This document shows, one piece after another, positions 21,214 through 31,207 of a stretch of 64,000 nucleotides of DNA. The notes beneath the pieces are model-generated. The model worked only from the letters and a program-made list of their open reading frames with translations. It did no database searches and was not told where the DNA came from. Position numbers and translations under genes: made by a program. Numbering within the stretch: position 1 is the first letter of the stretch; each line of letters opens with the position of its first letter. The stretch is from an uncultured Planctomycetaceae bacterium (GTDB lineage Bacteria; Planctomycetota; Planctomycetia; Pirellulales; PALSA-1355): NCBI GenBank assembly GCA_963793635.1, contig CAWCAX010000006.1, forward strand, positions 597,802 through 661,801, in the 5' to 3' direction.

Positions 21214-22576
21214 ATGGTTGTGCGGCGGATCCCTGGCCCCGTCGGGCTGATCATGGCGGGCTCGATTTGCCTGTGCCTGGCCGCAGCGCCGGCCGGCCCG
21301 GAAGCTGGCCGTCAGCCGGCCGCGGCGCTCTGCGGCAGGATGCTGGCGCGACGGGCGATGCGGCCCAATCACCGACGCCGCTGCGACCGATCGGGAAGCT
21401 GCCGCCGCGGCTGGCGGCGCCGCCGGTGGCGAGCCGCTGGATGGGCGCGACGGACGCGACTTGGCGCTGGATCAGTTTCGACCCAAGTCCATGCTCGTGG
21501 TCGAGCAGCATCTGCTGGAGCGGGCAAAATTTCCGGCGGTCGACGTCCATTTTCATCCCCGGGTGCGATTTCATGAGAATTCGAAATTGCTCGACGAGTT
21601 CGTGTTCGAGGTCATGGACCGGCAGAACATCGCCGTTTGCGTGAGCCTGGACGGGCAAATGGGCCAGAGCTTTCTGGAGCATCGGAAATACCTGTGGGAG
21701 AAACATCGCGACCGATTCGTCATTTTCGCCAACATCGATTGGCGCGGCGATGGCAAGCCGGACGAGCCGGCCAGCTGGGATTGCCAACGGCCCGATTTCG
21801 GCCGGCGGATGGCGCTGGAGCTGGCCGAGTTGAAAACCCAGGGGGCCAGCGGCCTGAAAGTGTTCAAGGACTTCGGCCTGGTCTATCGCAATCCGGACGG
21901 CTCGCTGATCGAGGTCGACGACCCGCGCTGGGACCCGATCTGGCGGGCCTGCGGCGAGTTGGGCTTTCCGGTGTTGATCCACACGGCCGACCCGGTGGCG
22001 TTTTTTCTGCCGATCGATGAAACCAACGAACGCTGGGAAGAACTGAAGCGGCATCCCGATTGGAGTTTCTGCCAGAAGGCCGATCGCGACAAACTGCTGG
22101 TCGCGATCTTGCGCGTTGTGGCCCGGCATCCGCAGACCAAGTTCATCGGCGCCCACATGGCCAGCAATGCCGAAGATCTGAAGACCGTCGGCCGCTGGCT
22201 GGACGATTATCCCAACCTGTATGTCGACGTTGCGGCTCGGATCAGCGAGCTGGGACGGCAACCTTACACGGCGCGGAAATTCCTGATCGATTATGCCGAT
22301 CGAGTTTTGTTCGGCACCGACGGCCCGCGGGTGCCGGCGCGGCTGCTGCTGCACTGGCGATTTCTCGAGACGCTGGACGAATATTTTCCGTACGCGGAGA
22401 ACCCGTTTCCGCCGCAGGGTTTTTGGCAGATTTACGGCGTCGGCTTGCCCGACGACGTGCTGCGGAAGATCTATTACGAGAATGCCGAGCGGATCGTTCC
22501 CGGCGTGCGGGAGCGCTGGGAGAAATATGCCGGGGGGCAAAAAGCGGCCGGGCCGAATGCAAAGCAGCAGGATTGA
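21214..22576 (+). CDS. Amidohydrolase family 2 protein (N-terminus frameshifted, start uncertain)
   Basis: VDVHFH, GLKV, VLIHTADP, IGAH, VLFGTD, IYYENA. Confidence 0.88.
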
Positions 22577-22599
22577 ACCCGCTTTTTGCTCCGCGCCGA

Positions 22600-23696
22600 T
22601 CAGGGCATCACGAACACTTCGCCGCCGGCGATCGTCGAAAAGGCCTGCCAGGTAGTCGGTGCGACATCGTCGGCGATGAATTGGACCGATCCGTCGGCCA
22701 GCGCCAGATTGACGCCGCCGGGGTGCAAGCTGCGCGCGTGCGCCAGCCGAAGTCGACCAGCGAGTACTGCGGGCCGATATGGGTGGCGTCCCCTGTAAAT
22801 TCCCCCATGCAATCGCGCGTGGGGGAGTTTGGCAGGTAATAGTGGTTGTAAAGGGCACAGCGGAACTCGCCGCTGACCCAACCAAAACCCTCCGGGTAGG
22901 CCGCGTTCTGGCTCCAATTGTTGCTGAAGCTGCAAGCTCCGTCCGTCAGCGGAGGACGAGACAACACGAAAACGTATTGATTGTTCGGATCTTCGGCGGT
23001 TGGATTCGCCCCCAGAATGAAACCCAGTCGCCCCTCGGAAAACAGCGCCGTTTTGCTGCTGCCATCGGTGACTTGCCGCAGCCTGGTCTGGGAGTTGATG
23101 GCGAAGATGCCGTCGGTCGTCAAGGGTGAGCCGCCGTTGATGCCGCTGCCGGCACAAGCCGCGTAGTTCGTCGGTCCGAAGCCGGCTGCGACAACCTGGC
23201 CGTGATCGCTAGGGCAGAGAAACTCCGGCACCACGGTTGCGGCGCCGGCTATATTCTGCGGAGTCACGGTCAGCGTCAGTCCGTACAGCGGCACCGTCAA
23301 GTCGAGCACATCGACCGCATTGGCTTGCTCCATGTACGGACCGAGGTGGGCCAAGGCGCTCCAGCGATAAAAACTCCACGGTGTCGTGGGCTGGTCGGCA
23401 TACTGCTGTGAATCCCAACCGGATGGGAACGAACCGCGGGCCGCGTAGAAATTTTGCGCAGCGACGACAATTTGATGAAGATTGTTCGTGCATTGGGCAC
23501 GGCGGGCCGACTCGCGAGCCGCCTGCACGGCCGGCAGCAGCAGCGCAATCAGGATGCCGACAATCGCGATCACCACGAGCAGTTCAATCAAGGTGAACCC
23601 GCTGCGCCGCACAAGCACCGGCACAACGGCCACGCCGTGCGCTTGGCTGCGCCGCGAATCGGGTCGGCGTTCAGAAGCTCGATTTAGGTTGTACAA
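22600..23696 (-). CDS. DUF1559 prepilin-type N-terminal cleavage/methylation protein (frameshift ~22780)
   Basis: [38 protein letters not shown] and the C-terminal H-X9-DG motif [16 protein letters not shown]. Confidence 0.92.
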
Positions 23697-24862
23697 TCAA
23701 GCCTCGGGCCGTTCAGGATGCCGCGCTCCAACGCGCGAAATGCCTTTTCGGTAATCAAATCCTTGCGGCGCGCATGCGGATCGAACGCGCGTTGGCGGAG
23801 AGCGGCAATCATCAGGATCGTCAAACCATTGAACGCCAGAAACCAACTGCCTGGTTCCGGGACCGTGAAGGCATCGAACGCCAGTGCCGTCGGTCCGACC
23901 AGTCCCGACTGGATGATATTTGTGTCGGCCACTGAACCACCGCTGAGGACCAGTTGAACCAGGTAGCCCTCCCCCAAAAATTCGCTCGAACCCGTCACGG
24001 CCACCAGCAAGCTTCCGTCGGGTGCAAACAACAAGGCGGAGGGGGAACTGCTCAGGGCACCCACATCGAGCCCGCTGAAATTCGCGAAGTCGGCATTCTT
24101 CAGGTTTCCGCTTAAGTCGAACGACTCGATCGTCGCCAGGCCCGAATTCGAAACGTAAAGCCGCGTGCCGTCCGGGCTGATTGCGAGCCCCAGCGGAGCG
24201 AAGATGTCGTTGGTCGCACCATTGATGAGCACGTTCGCGCTTCCAAACGTCCCGCCGCCCAGGGCCGGAAACTCATAGACATTTCCACTGCTGTAGCCGG
24301 TAGCATACATGTTGCCGTGACTGTCAAACACAATAGCGGTCGCCTGGTCCGCACCGGGCCCCCCAGGCAACGTCGCAACGGCGCCTTGGTCGTTACCCGC
24401 GCTATCAAACCGTTCGATCGTATTGCTGCTTAAATCCGCGACGTACAAACTGCCGTTATTCCAAGCGAGCCCCGTCGGGGTGCCGTAAGGATCGGGCAGC
24501 GCGGTAAAAAAACTCCCGCCGCCGCCGTTGGAATTGAACTCGTAAATATTGGGGTCGAAAGTCGGGGTGGGCGTAAAGACACTAACAAAGCTCAGCGCGT
24601 CTCCCACATAGATATTGCCGGACGGATCCACCGCGATGCCGGCCGGAAAGGGAAGCGGATTGCCGCCGACGCTGAGCGTGGTCGTCGGCCCTGGCGTGAT
24701 GCTTGAACCGCCCACCGAATAGGTGTGCAGCTGGCTGTCTCCAAAAGTGGGCAGCAGCAGCGTCTGAGCGTGCGACGTGGCGCAATAACCGAACGCCAAC
24801 ACCAACCCGGCAAGCCTGGCGCTGCCGCTCGCGCCAAGTCTCCAGTGGAACGGTACTTTCAT
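23684..24862 (-). CDS. PEP-CTERM protein with NHL/beta-propeller repeats
   Basis: [20 protein letters not shown]...LYV and [15 protein letters not shown] repeats; [10 protein letters not shown]...ALRQR; signal peptide after ATG 24862. Confidence 0.85.
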   Translation of the reverse strand: MKVPFHWRLGASGSARLAGLVLAFGYCATSHAQTLLLPTFGDSQLHTYSVGGSSITPGPTTTLSVGGNPLPFPAGIAVDPSGNIYVGDALSFVSVFTPTPTFDPNIYEFNSNGGGGSFFTALPDPYGTPTGLAWNNGSLYVADLSSNTIERFDSAGNDQGAVATLPGGPGADQATAIVFDSHGNMYATGYSSGNVYEFPALGGGTFGSANVLINGATNDIFAPLGLAISPDGTRLYVSNSGLATIESFDLSGNLKNADFANFSGLDVGALSSSPSALLFAPDGSLLVAVTGSSEFLGEGYLVQLVLSGGSVADTNIIQSGLVGPTALAFDAFTVPEPGSWFLAFNGLTILMIAALRQRAFDPHARRKDLITEKAFRALERGILNGPRLDCTT

Positions 24863-25128
24863 GAGGCACTCGATTCTCGAATTACCAGGACTCTTGCTGT
24901 CAGGAGGAGATCGTCGTCGGCAGCGGAACGTCGGATGCCGCAGAGCATCGCGCCGAAGATAAATTGTCGGGGACCGGGATCGCGTAGCGTCGAGGCGGCC
25001 GGAAACCGAGGTTTGCGACCCACCGAAAAAAATCGGGCAGCGGCAGGAAATCCAAGAGGCGGGTTGGCAGCGAGTCGTGCGAACGCCCCGCGCCAATTGC
25101 AGGCACTGTCCCTAATGCCACGCCAGAA

Positions 25129-25157
25129 ATAGTATCACGGTCTTAAGAATGTGTCAA
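25129..25157 (-). promoter_or_regulatory. Sigma70 promoter for the PEP-CTERM/DUF1559 operon
   Basis: The - strand reads TTGACA-N17-TACTAT with an extended TG; the palindrome TCTTAAGA lies in the spacer. Confidence 0.7.
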
Positions 25158-25324
25158 CGATCCGGGCTGCCTGCTTGCGCAAAAGAACTTTCGCCCCAAC
25201 CGCTCGCCATTTGCGCCATCCTGGGAAGCGCGCTGGCAACTCCTGTCGCGCGGCGCGATTTCGGCGGCGGTCGGTCGCCACGCCGCGGGCAAACCGCTAA
25301 GATGGCGGCCGGAGTCGCTTTAAA

Positions 25325-25706
25325 ATGAAAGATCCGTCCGAATTCGAAGAATGCGCCCAGCGCCTCAAGGCGCTCGCCGATCCCGAACGGCTGCGGATCG
25401 TGACGTGCCTGTTTGGGGGGGCCAAGAACGTAGGCGATCTGGCCGCCGCGCTTGAGGACGAGATCGTAAAAGTCTCGCACCACCTCAAAGTGCTGCGGAA
25501 CGCGGGACTCGTCTTGGCGAAAAAGGAAGGCCGGTTCGTCGTCTACCGTTTGCATCCCGAACGTCGTGCCCAGCGCAAAGCCGAAGAGTCTGCTGCAGCA
25601 CATCGATATCGGCTGCTGCCGTCTGGAACTTGCCTCGAATGATGCCCTCTGCAAGCCCCGGCCCCTGGCGCCGAGCGGACAGAAAAAATCCGCACGCAGC
25701 TCGTGA
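25325..25706 (+). CDS. ArsR/SmtB-family regulator (probable C-terminal frameshift)
   Basis: LKALADPERLRI...VSHHLKVLRNAGLV...EGRFVVYRL. An alternative frame continues HIDIGCCRLEL to TGA 25706; as written the ORF stops at 25642. Confidence 0.85.
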
Positions 25707-25780
25707 CATGCACGGCCGGTAAGTCGCGGCGGGGCTGCCAATCAACTTTGTGGCGCTGCGGGGCTGTGGCGCTGCGGGGC

Positions 25781-26266
25781 TCAGTGCGGCTCTTGGCCGA
25801 CCAGCTCCAGGTTTTCCTGGAAGTAGCGGATGGCTTCGGTCGGATTCAGATTGAATATCGCCCGCCCGTCGGTGGCCCAATTTCGCCGCCGCACGCGGAA
25901 CACGGCGGTGGCAGCGCGCAGATTGCCGACGGCCTCGACGCCTTCCATGGGTCCGCCTTCGACCGCCTCGAAGCTGATCGTGATCGCCACGAAGGCCGAC
26001 AACTCGCCGCTGCGGCGATCGCGGGCGTAAACCACCGCGTCGTCGAACTCGCAATTGGTCCATTCCAGACCGCGAGGTTTTCCGCTCCGGGCCGCGATCT
26101 GCAGGAAACGGGCTTCCAGGTGCTCGCGCTGGCGATGGAAATCGCGCCGCGCGCGAGCCAGTTGCGACTCGCGCAGGGCCGCACGGCAAGGCCGCCAAGC
26201 CCACAAGATGCCCACCGTGCAGGTAGCACCGATTGCGGCCAACAGTACCCACCAGGCGCCGTCCAT
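25781..26266 (-). CDS. Hypothetical protein with N-terminal membrane anchor
   Basis: MDGAWWVLLAAIG...; globular part SGKPRGLEW...VEAVGNLR.ATAVF...TDGRAIFNLNP. Confidence 0.75.
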   Translation of the reverse strand: MDGAWWVLLAAIGATCTVGILWAWRPCRAALRESQLARARRDFHRQREHLEARFLQIAARSGKPRGLEWTNCEFDDAVVYARDRRSGELSAFVAITISFEAVEGGPMEGVEAVGNLRAATAVFRVRRRNWATDGRAIFNLNPTEAIRYFQENLELVGQEPH

Positions 26267-26365
26267 CCGAGCGACCTCTCTTCCGTGTTCTCGGACCAGA
26301 ATCACTCCGCCTGAAATGATTCTACTCCCCAGCGGCATGGCGTGACAAGGAATCGCATGTCGCAT

Positions 26366-26499
26366 CCAGGAGAACTGCAAAGTCGCTTCGGCGATGCGGG
26401 CTGTTGTCGGAGGCGACTGGGGATCGCCGAATTTCAGCACCAAACGAGGGCCCTTCGGCGATCCCCAGTCGCCTCGATTCAACGTTGCAGTTCTCCTGG
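26366..26499. mobile_element. 134-bp MITE with 15-bp TIRs and 8-bp target-site duplication
   Basis: TIR ccaggagaactgcaa / ttgcagttctcctgg. Flanking tgtcgcat at 26358-26365 and 26500-26507. Internal perfect 22-bp inverted repeat at 26410-26431 / 26454-26475. Confidence 0.85.
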
Positions 26500-27068
26500 T
26501 GTCGCATCACGCCCCTGCGCAGATGCAGAGCACGGTCAATTCAAAACAGGCCACAGCGGATCAACGTCAGTCTGATGCCCCGACGGCCAGGGCACGGCAA
26601 TCGGAGCTTGGCGCCGCAACTCGCGTAGCCGCAAGACGGTAGCGATGTGGCCGGTGCGGTGTCGGCGCCGCTCGGGCAGTCGGTAGAACCCAAGCGGGGC
26701 GTTCCTGTTTACCCCGGGTGCACCGAGAGGACCGGGGCGTGGGAGGGCGGCGGATGCAGGGGCATCCGGCCCTCGAGCGGGACCCTTGGCCGTGCGAATT
26801 TGCCCTGTTTGGGAGCCATTTGGCAGGCAATTGTGAGTGTCCGAATAGGAAATCCGCGGCCCTGTTTTGGTACTTTATTCACGGCGTTATTCTGTTATGA
26901 TAGCAACGACTTTGGTTTCCCCCCCGTGGGACGGATTTTTTCCGCCTCGGGCCGCGGCGGGCGAATTGTGATTCGCTGAGGTGGTGGTTGGCGGAGACCC
27001 AAGGCGGCGGCGTTATTTCCAGTAGGTTACCCGTTTTTTGCGTTGGTGCGCTCGAGGAGCAAGTGGCT

Positions 27069-27281
27069 ATGCCGGCAGGAAAGATCAAGAAACTTGTCCA
27101 AGACAAGGGTTTCGGTTTCATTCAGACTTCCAGCGGGGAAGATATTTTCTTCCACCACTCGACCGTCGCCGACAATCGGTTCGACGAGTTGACCGAAGGA
27201 CAATCGGTGGAATACACGGTTGAGCAGGGACAAGGCCCCAAGGGCAAAGGCCCGCGCGCCGCATCGGTGACCCCCACCTAG
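27069..27281 (+). CDS. Cold-shock domain protein
   Basis: KGFGFI (RNP1), DIFFHHS (RNP2), EGQSVEY, GPRA; GAGGAG RBS. Confidence 0.93.
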   Translation: MPAGKIKKLVQDKGFGFIQTSSGEDIFFHHSTVADNRFDELTEGQSVEYTVEQGQGPKGKGPRAASVTPT

Positions 27282-27784
27282 TATCTCGTGTCGCGGCCGG
27301 CTCGATAACGAGAGCTGGCGGTATTTCGAGAGTGCCTGGGTTTCCAGAAAGTCTGGCGACTCTGGACTTGCTACGGCGCGCTCGGCGCCAGGGTTTGCGC
27401 GCCCTTTGGCTGCCATGAAGGCGGCAGTGTGCCCATCTTGATCGGTTGAGCCCCGGCCTGTTGCCGCGTGTCGCAGGCGATCGTCCGAAAGGCCTGTTGC
27501 GCGCACGGCGCCTGGTTTTGCTCCTTCTGCGCCTTCCACTGCCGCGCCCCCCTCCGGCGACGTGGCGATCGTGACGGTGATTTCGACCGCCCGGCCGCGC
27601 TTGGCCGTGTGGACCACCAGGTAATGTGCTCCACCGCAAGGAAAATAACGCAGCCTGATGGCGGCGCCGCATCGCATCCGATACAGTTACGCGAGCGTAC
27701 CCAAGGTGCGGTTGGCGTGTCCCGCGAAGCACGTACGCATCGGCTTTTCGGGCCAAAGGGCGCCGCTTGCTCATCGGCCGGGAG

Positions 27785-28132
27785 ATGGAAACGGTGAAGA
27801 AAGTCGAAGCGATCATTCGGCGTCAAAAGCTGGGCGAAGTGAAAGACGCCCTGGCCGCCCGCGTGCTCAGCGCCATGACCGTGACCGAAGTTCGCGGCTT
27901 CGGCCGGCAGAAGGGACACGCCGACACCTATCGCGGCGCCGAATACAAGGTCGACTTCCTGCCCAAGGTGAAGGTCGAGATCGTCGTGCCGGACAATTAT
28001 CTGGCGACCGTGCTGGAAGTGATCATCGGGGCCGCCCGCACGGGCAAGGTCGGCGACGGCAAGATTTTTGTCAGCGACCTGTCGTCGGTGGTCCGCGTTC
28101 GCACCGGCGAAGTCGACGAACAGGCGATTTAG
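27785..28132 (+). CDS. glnB: P-II nitrogen regulatory protein
   Basis: KKVEAIIR, GFGRQKG, YRGAEY, FLPKVK, TGKVGDGKIFV. Confidence 0.92.
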   Translation: METVKKVEAIIRRQKLGEVKDALAARVLSAMTVTEVRGFGRQKGHADTYRGAEYKVDFLPKVKVEIVVPDNYLATVLEVIIGAARTGKVGDGKIFVSDLSSVVRVRTGEVDEQAI

Positions 28133-28384
28133 CGGGCCGCGTCGCCAAATCGGGCCGCGCACCCCCCTTCGTCTCCGCCCGTTAAGCCCCTGCCCGCTAA
28201 GCCCACGGGATGCTGCCCGTGGGCATTTCCCCTGTTACCGCCAGCGGTGCCCCCGCTCCCCGGCTCCCGGCACGCCCCCTCGGGAAAAATATTCCGCCCT
28301 CCGTGTAACAACGGTCTTCGTTCGACGCTTGGCATGTTAGAGGGGATGAACAGGTCACCCCCCAAGCACAAAAAGGAGACGATC

Positions 28385-29461
28385 ATGACCCGCTTCTTCA
28401 ACAGCTCGCTGGTGCGGAAACTTCAGATTCTGGCCTTTGGGGCCGCCTTGGTCGCGGCCGCGGCCCCGGCTTTTGCCCGCGGAGGGGGCGGCGGAATGGG
28501 CGGCGGAATGTCGCACAGCCCAAGCTACTCCCCAAGGCTCATGCCGACGCGGGGCTTTGCGCCGGTCGGCCCCATCAAGACCTTCCCCACCAACCCGGTC
28601 AGCACGTTGCCGATCGGCCCCATCAAGACTTTCCCCACGAACCCGATCAGCACGTTGCCGATCGGCCCGATCAAGACTTTCCCCACGAACCCGTTCCCGG
28701 TTGGCGGCCTGCCGGTTGGACCGAACAAGCCCGGCCCGGTCAAGCCTTTCCCGGTACACCCGTTCCCGGTCGGCGGCCTGCCGATTGGCCCTAACAAGCC
28801 CGGGCCGGTCACCCCAGTGACTCCCCCAGGGACGACTAATCCGCCCACGTCGACCCCGACTGCTCCCAGCGGTGGCAACTACGGCGGCGGAGTCTGGGGC
28901 GGAATATTCCCCGGCGGACTCGGCGGGTTCGGCGGCTACGGTGGTGGATACGGCGGCGGGTACAGCGGCGGGTCGGGCGGCTATGCCGATGGCTCGGCGA
29001 CGCTTGCGGCCCCGCCCGCAGCCGGTCAAGCGGCTGCCAGTCCGGTTGCCGCACAGTTCGCGGGAATGTCGGCGGCGGCTGCGAGTGTCGACCTGCAGTT
29101 GGTCAGCCTGGAGCAGGTCGACGCCGGCAGTCCGGCTGCCCACTTGGCTCCGCTGTACCGCGTAACATTCCGCAACAACAGCAGCACCGACCTGGCCCAG
29201 CCGTTCTCGGTGGTTCTGTTGGCCACGCAAGGGCACAACCCGGCGGACTCGACCCCGGTCAGCGAACAGCGGATCATGGGGATCGGGGCCGGCCAGACGC
29301 TGTCGGTCGACCTGCGGGTTGCCGGCTCGGCGTCCTACAGCACGCTGTTCGCCGCCGTGGACGGCCGACAGGAACTGTCCGACTCGAACCGCACCAACAA
29401 CGTGGCTCGGATGGCCAGCAGCGACGTGGCCGCAGCCCCCAACGCCGTGGCCAGCAAGTAA
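28385..29461 (+). CDS. Secreted Gly/Pro-rich repeat protein with a C-terminal CARDB-like Ig domain
   Basis: AAGGAG RBS, signal peptide ending AFA, PIGPIKTFPTNP repeats, C-terminal DLQL...VD...E.SDSNRTNN. Confidence 0.8.
   Translation: MTRFFNSSLVRKLQILAFGAALVAAAAPAFARGGGGGMGGGMSHSPSYSPRLMPTRGFAPVGPIKTFPTNPVSTLPIGPIKTFPTNPISTLPIGPIKTFPTNPFPVGGLPVGPNKPGPVKPFPVHPFPVGGLPIGPNKPGPVTPVTPPGTTNPPTSTPTAPSGGNYGGGVWGGIFPGGLGGFGGYGGGYGGGYSGGSGGYADGSATLAAPPAAGQAAASPVAAQFAGMSAAAASVDLQLVSLEQVDAGSPAAHLAPLYRVTFRNNSSTDLAQPFSVVLLATQGHNPADSTPVSEQRIMGIGAGQTLSVDLRVAGSASYSTLFAAVDGRQELSDSNRTNNVARMASSDVAAAPNAVASK
28562..28812 (+). repeat. Coding tandem repeats (48-bp unit x3, then 69-bp unit x~2)
   Basis: P[VI]GPIKTFPTNP[VI]STL, then PFPVGGLP[VI]GPNKPGPV. 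Confidence 0.8.
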
Positions 29462-29518
29462 GCTTGTGGCCAGATATTCAACCCTCGCCGTAAAAACAGG
29501 CCGCCTTCGGGCGGCCTG
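29308..29518 (+). repeat. 211-bp direct repeat, copy 1 (gene 3' end plus terminator)
   Basis: Matches 29933-30143 at an offset of 625 with about 7 substitutions. Confidence 0.92.
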
Positions 29519-29527
29519 ATTTGTTTT
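29492..29527 (+). terminator. Intrinsic terminator
   Basis: caggccgcc-ttcg-ggcggcctg with a T-rich tail. Confidence 0.8.
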
Positions 29528-29643
29528 GCGCTGAGAGATGGCCTTTGGGCGGCAAAGCCGCTGCCCCATAAAATCATCGCAACGGGCGCGGATCGTACGA
29601 GAGAGCATCGCCGGATCGTGTTCACACCTTGCGGTCTCCGATC

Positions 29644-29892
29644 GCCCCGGTAGGGGCCCAAGTCAATAGCCGTGGGCAATCGCCCACGGAATCCCACGAC
29701 GCGCAATTTCGTTCCGACCCCGACAGGGGTCGCACCACACGAGCCTGATGCACCGTCGCGCTGAAACATGCCGCGCGGGCGCGACAACCACGGGCTTCGT
29801 TTGACCCCTCGCGGGGTCATCGATATTTGCGCGGAAGCGCGAATCCCGTGGGCGACTGCCCACGGCTATTGAATGGAACCCCTGACGGGGTT
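29644..29892. repeat. REPIN-like element: inverted pair of triple-hairpin units
   Basis: gccccggtaggggc / tcaatagccgtgggcaatcgcccacgg / gaccccgacaggggtc, mirrored by gacccctcgcggggtc / ccgtgggcgactgcccacggctattga / aacccctgacggggtt. Confidence 0.8.
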
Positions 29893-29932
29893 CTTTTTTT
29901 GCAGACCGCGAGCGGTGCATGGGTTCGCTTTG

Positions 29933-30143
29933 CGACCTGCGGGTTGCCGGCTCGGTGTCCTACAGCACGCTGTTCGCCGCCGTGGACGGCCGGCAGGAGC
30001 TGTCCGACTCGAACCGCACCAACAACGTGGCCCGGATGGCCAGCAGCGACGTGGCCGCAGCTCCCAACGCCGTGGCCAGCAAGTAAGCGTGTGGCCAGAC
30101 ATTCAACCCTCGCCGTAAAAACAGGCCGCCTTCGGGCGGCCTG
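29933..30143 (+). pseudogene. 211-bp direct repeat, copy 2: orphan 3' fragment of the upstream gene with its terminator
   Basis: Encodes DLRVAGSVSYSTLF...NAVASK* with no 5' part; terminator at ~30117-30150. Confidence 0.8.
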
Positions 30144-30292
30144 TTTTTTTCGCGAGCCGGCGGGCTAAGATACGACAAATCCAGCGGCGCGAGCGTTTGG
30201 CGTAGCAGACCAACCGTGCATACAGCGGCACTCGATTAACGAATCCCGCCACCGTTGCGCGCGACGCCCCCTTCTTGAGATGAGTGCAAGCC

Positions 30293-31141
30293 CTAGAACG
30301 CCATCCCGTGTAATCGCATGGGCCCCCTCGCATCCGGAAAGTACCTCCAAATAATTCGCATGACGTTATCGATCCATGTCCCCTTGGCGTACTCGTGCGA
30401 CTTATGCCACGCATTTTGGATTCCCACGAGCCTGAAGTCTTCTGGCCTGAATATTGAATGGGAAACCGGCATTCCGATAGACCACATGCCGCATCCGCTC
30501 ATGCCTGGTGGATGCACCACTTCGCCTGTCGAGTTCGTCGCACCACGCTGGTACTTAAGGACTAGGTGAATTTCCGGATTGTAATTTTCGACTTGCGTAT
30601 AGTCGTCCGGATAACGAACCGTGATGTACTTCCAAGCGGATGTTCGGTTTACGCCGTCTTCATCTTTGTCAAACCGTGCAGACGGGTAACCGAAAAGGAA
30701 GTACAAGCTAGTCTCCTGTCTGGGATCGACCTTCGACATCATGTCCGTCAGTCGCAAAAAGCGGCAGCTGCCGTCCAGCCGGTCGACAGTCGATTCGTGC
30801 AATCTCGTTACGCAGAGGTCTTCAAATTCATTATTTGTCACGTGGCAGCGCTCGTACCGTAAGTCAATCGGGTGCGAGCCTTTCCCTGGCATGACTAGGT
30901 GCATTAGGTGCCGCTGGGCACAATGATCGAGCATGCCGTGGCCGGCGGTGACCAGAAAATGCATTTGATGGACTTGGAGGAGGACCCCTGACCGATTGTC
31001 AATCATCTTGCCATTCAGGGTGTGGAGAATTGGAATTGTCGAATGCTTGATTGACAGATCGGCTGTCCTAAACACCGCGTCCAAGAAGTGCTTGAGGAGA
31101 GCCTCGTGTTCGTCGCCTGGCTGCTCGGTTAACTCGATCAT
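30293..31141 (-). CDS. Putative trypsin-like serine protease, no signal peptide
   Basis: FLVTAGH (His), EDLCV (Asp), PPGMSGCG (Ser) in triad order; visibly lower GC; AGGGGAG RBS. Confidence 0.7.
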   Translation of the reverse strand: MIELTEQPGDEHEALLKHFLDAVFRTADLSIKHSTIPILHTLNGKMIDNRSGVLLQVHQMHFLVTAGHGMLDHCAQRHLMHLVMPGKGSHPIDLRYERCHVTNNEFEDLCVTRLHESTVDRLDGSCRFLRLTDMMSKVDPRQETSLYFLFGYPSARFDKDEDGVNRTSAWKYITVRYPDDYTQVENYNPEIHLVLKYQRGATNSTGEVVHPPGMSGCGMWSIGMPVSHSIFRPEDFRLVGIQNAWHKSHEYAKGTWIDNVMRIIWRYFPDARGPMRLHGMAF

Positions 31142-31207
31142 CTCGATAGCTCCCCTAGCGACGGCCAACGCTTGTCAACCGGGCAGGCTTTATGTTCAAT
31201 TCCAGTA

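Noticed and set aside
24863-25122. Cobalamin riboswitch upstream of PEP-CTERM/DUF1559
   Set aside because: No recognisable B12-box or GGGAA/GCCACTG core; kept only as an unexplained long leader.
31172-31207. Leaderless sigma70 promoter for nfo (TTGTCA-N17-TTCAAT)
   Set aside because: The -10 lacks the conserved A at position 2; too weak to call.
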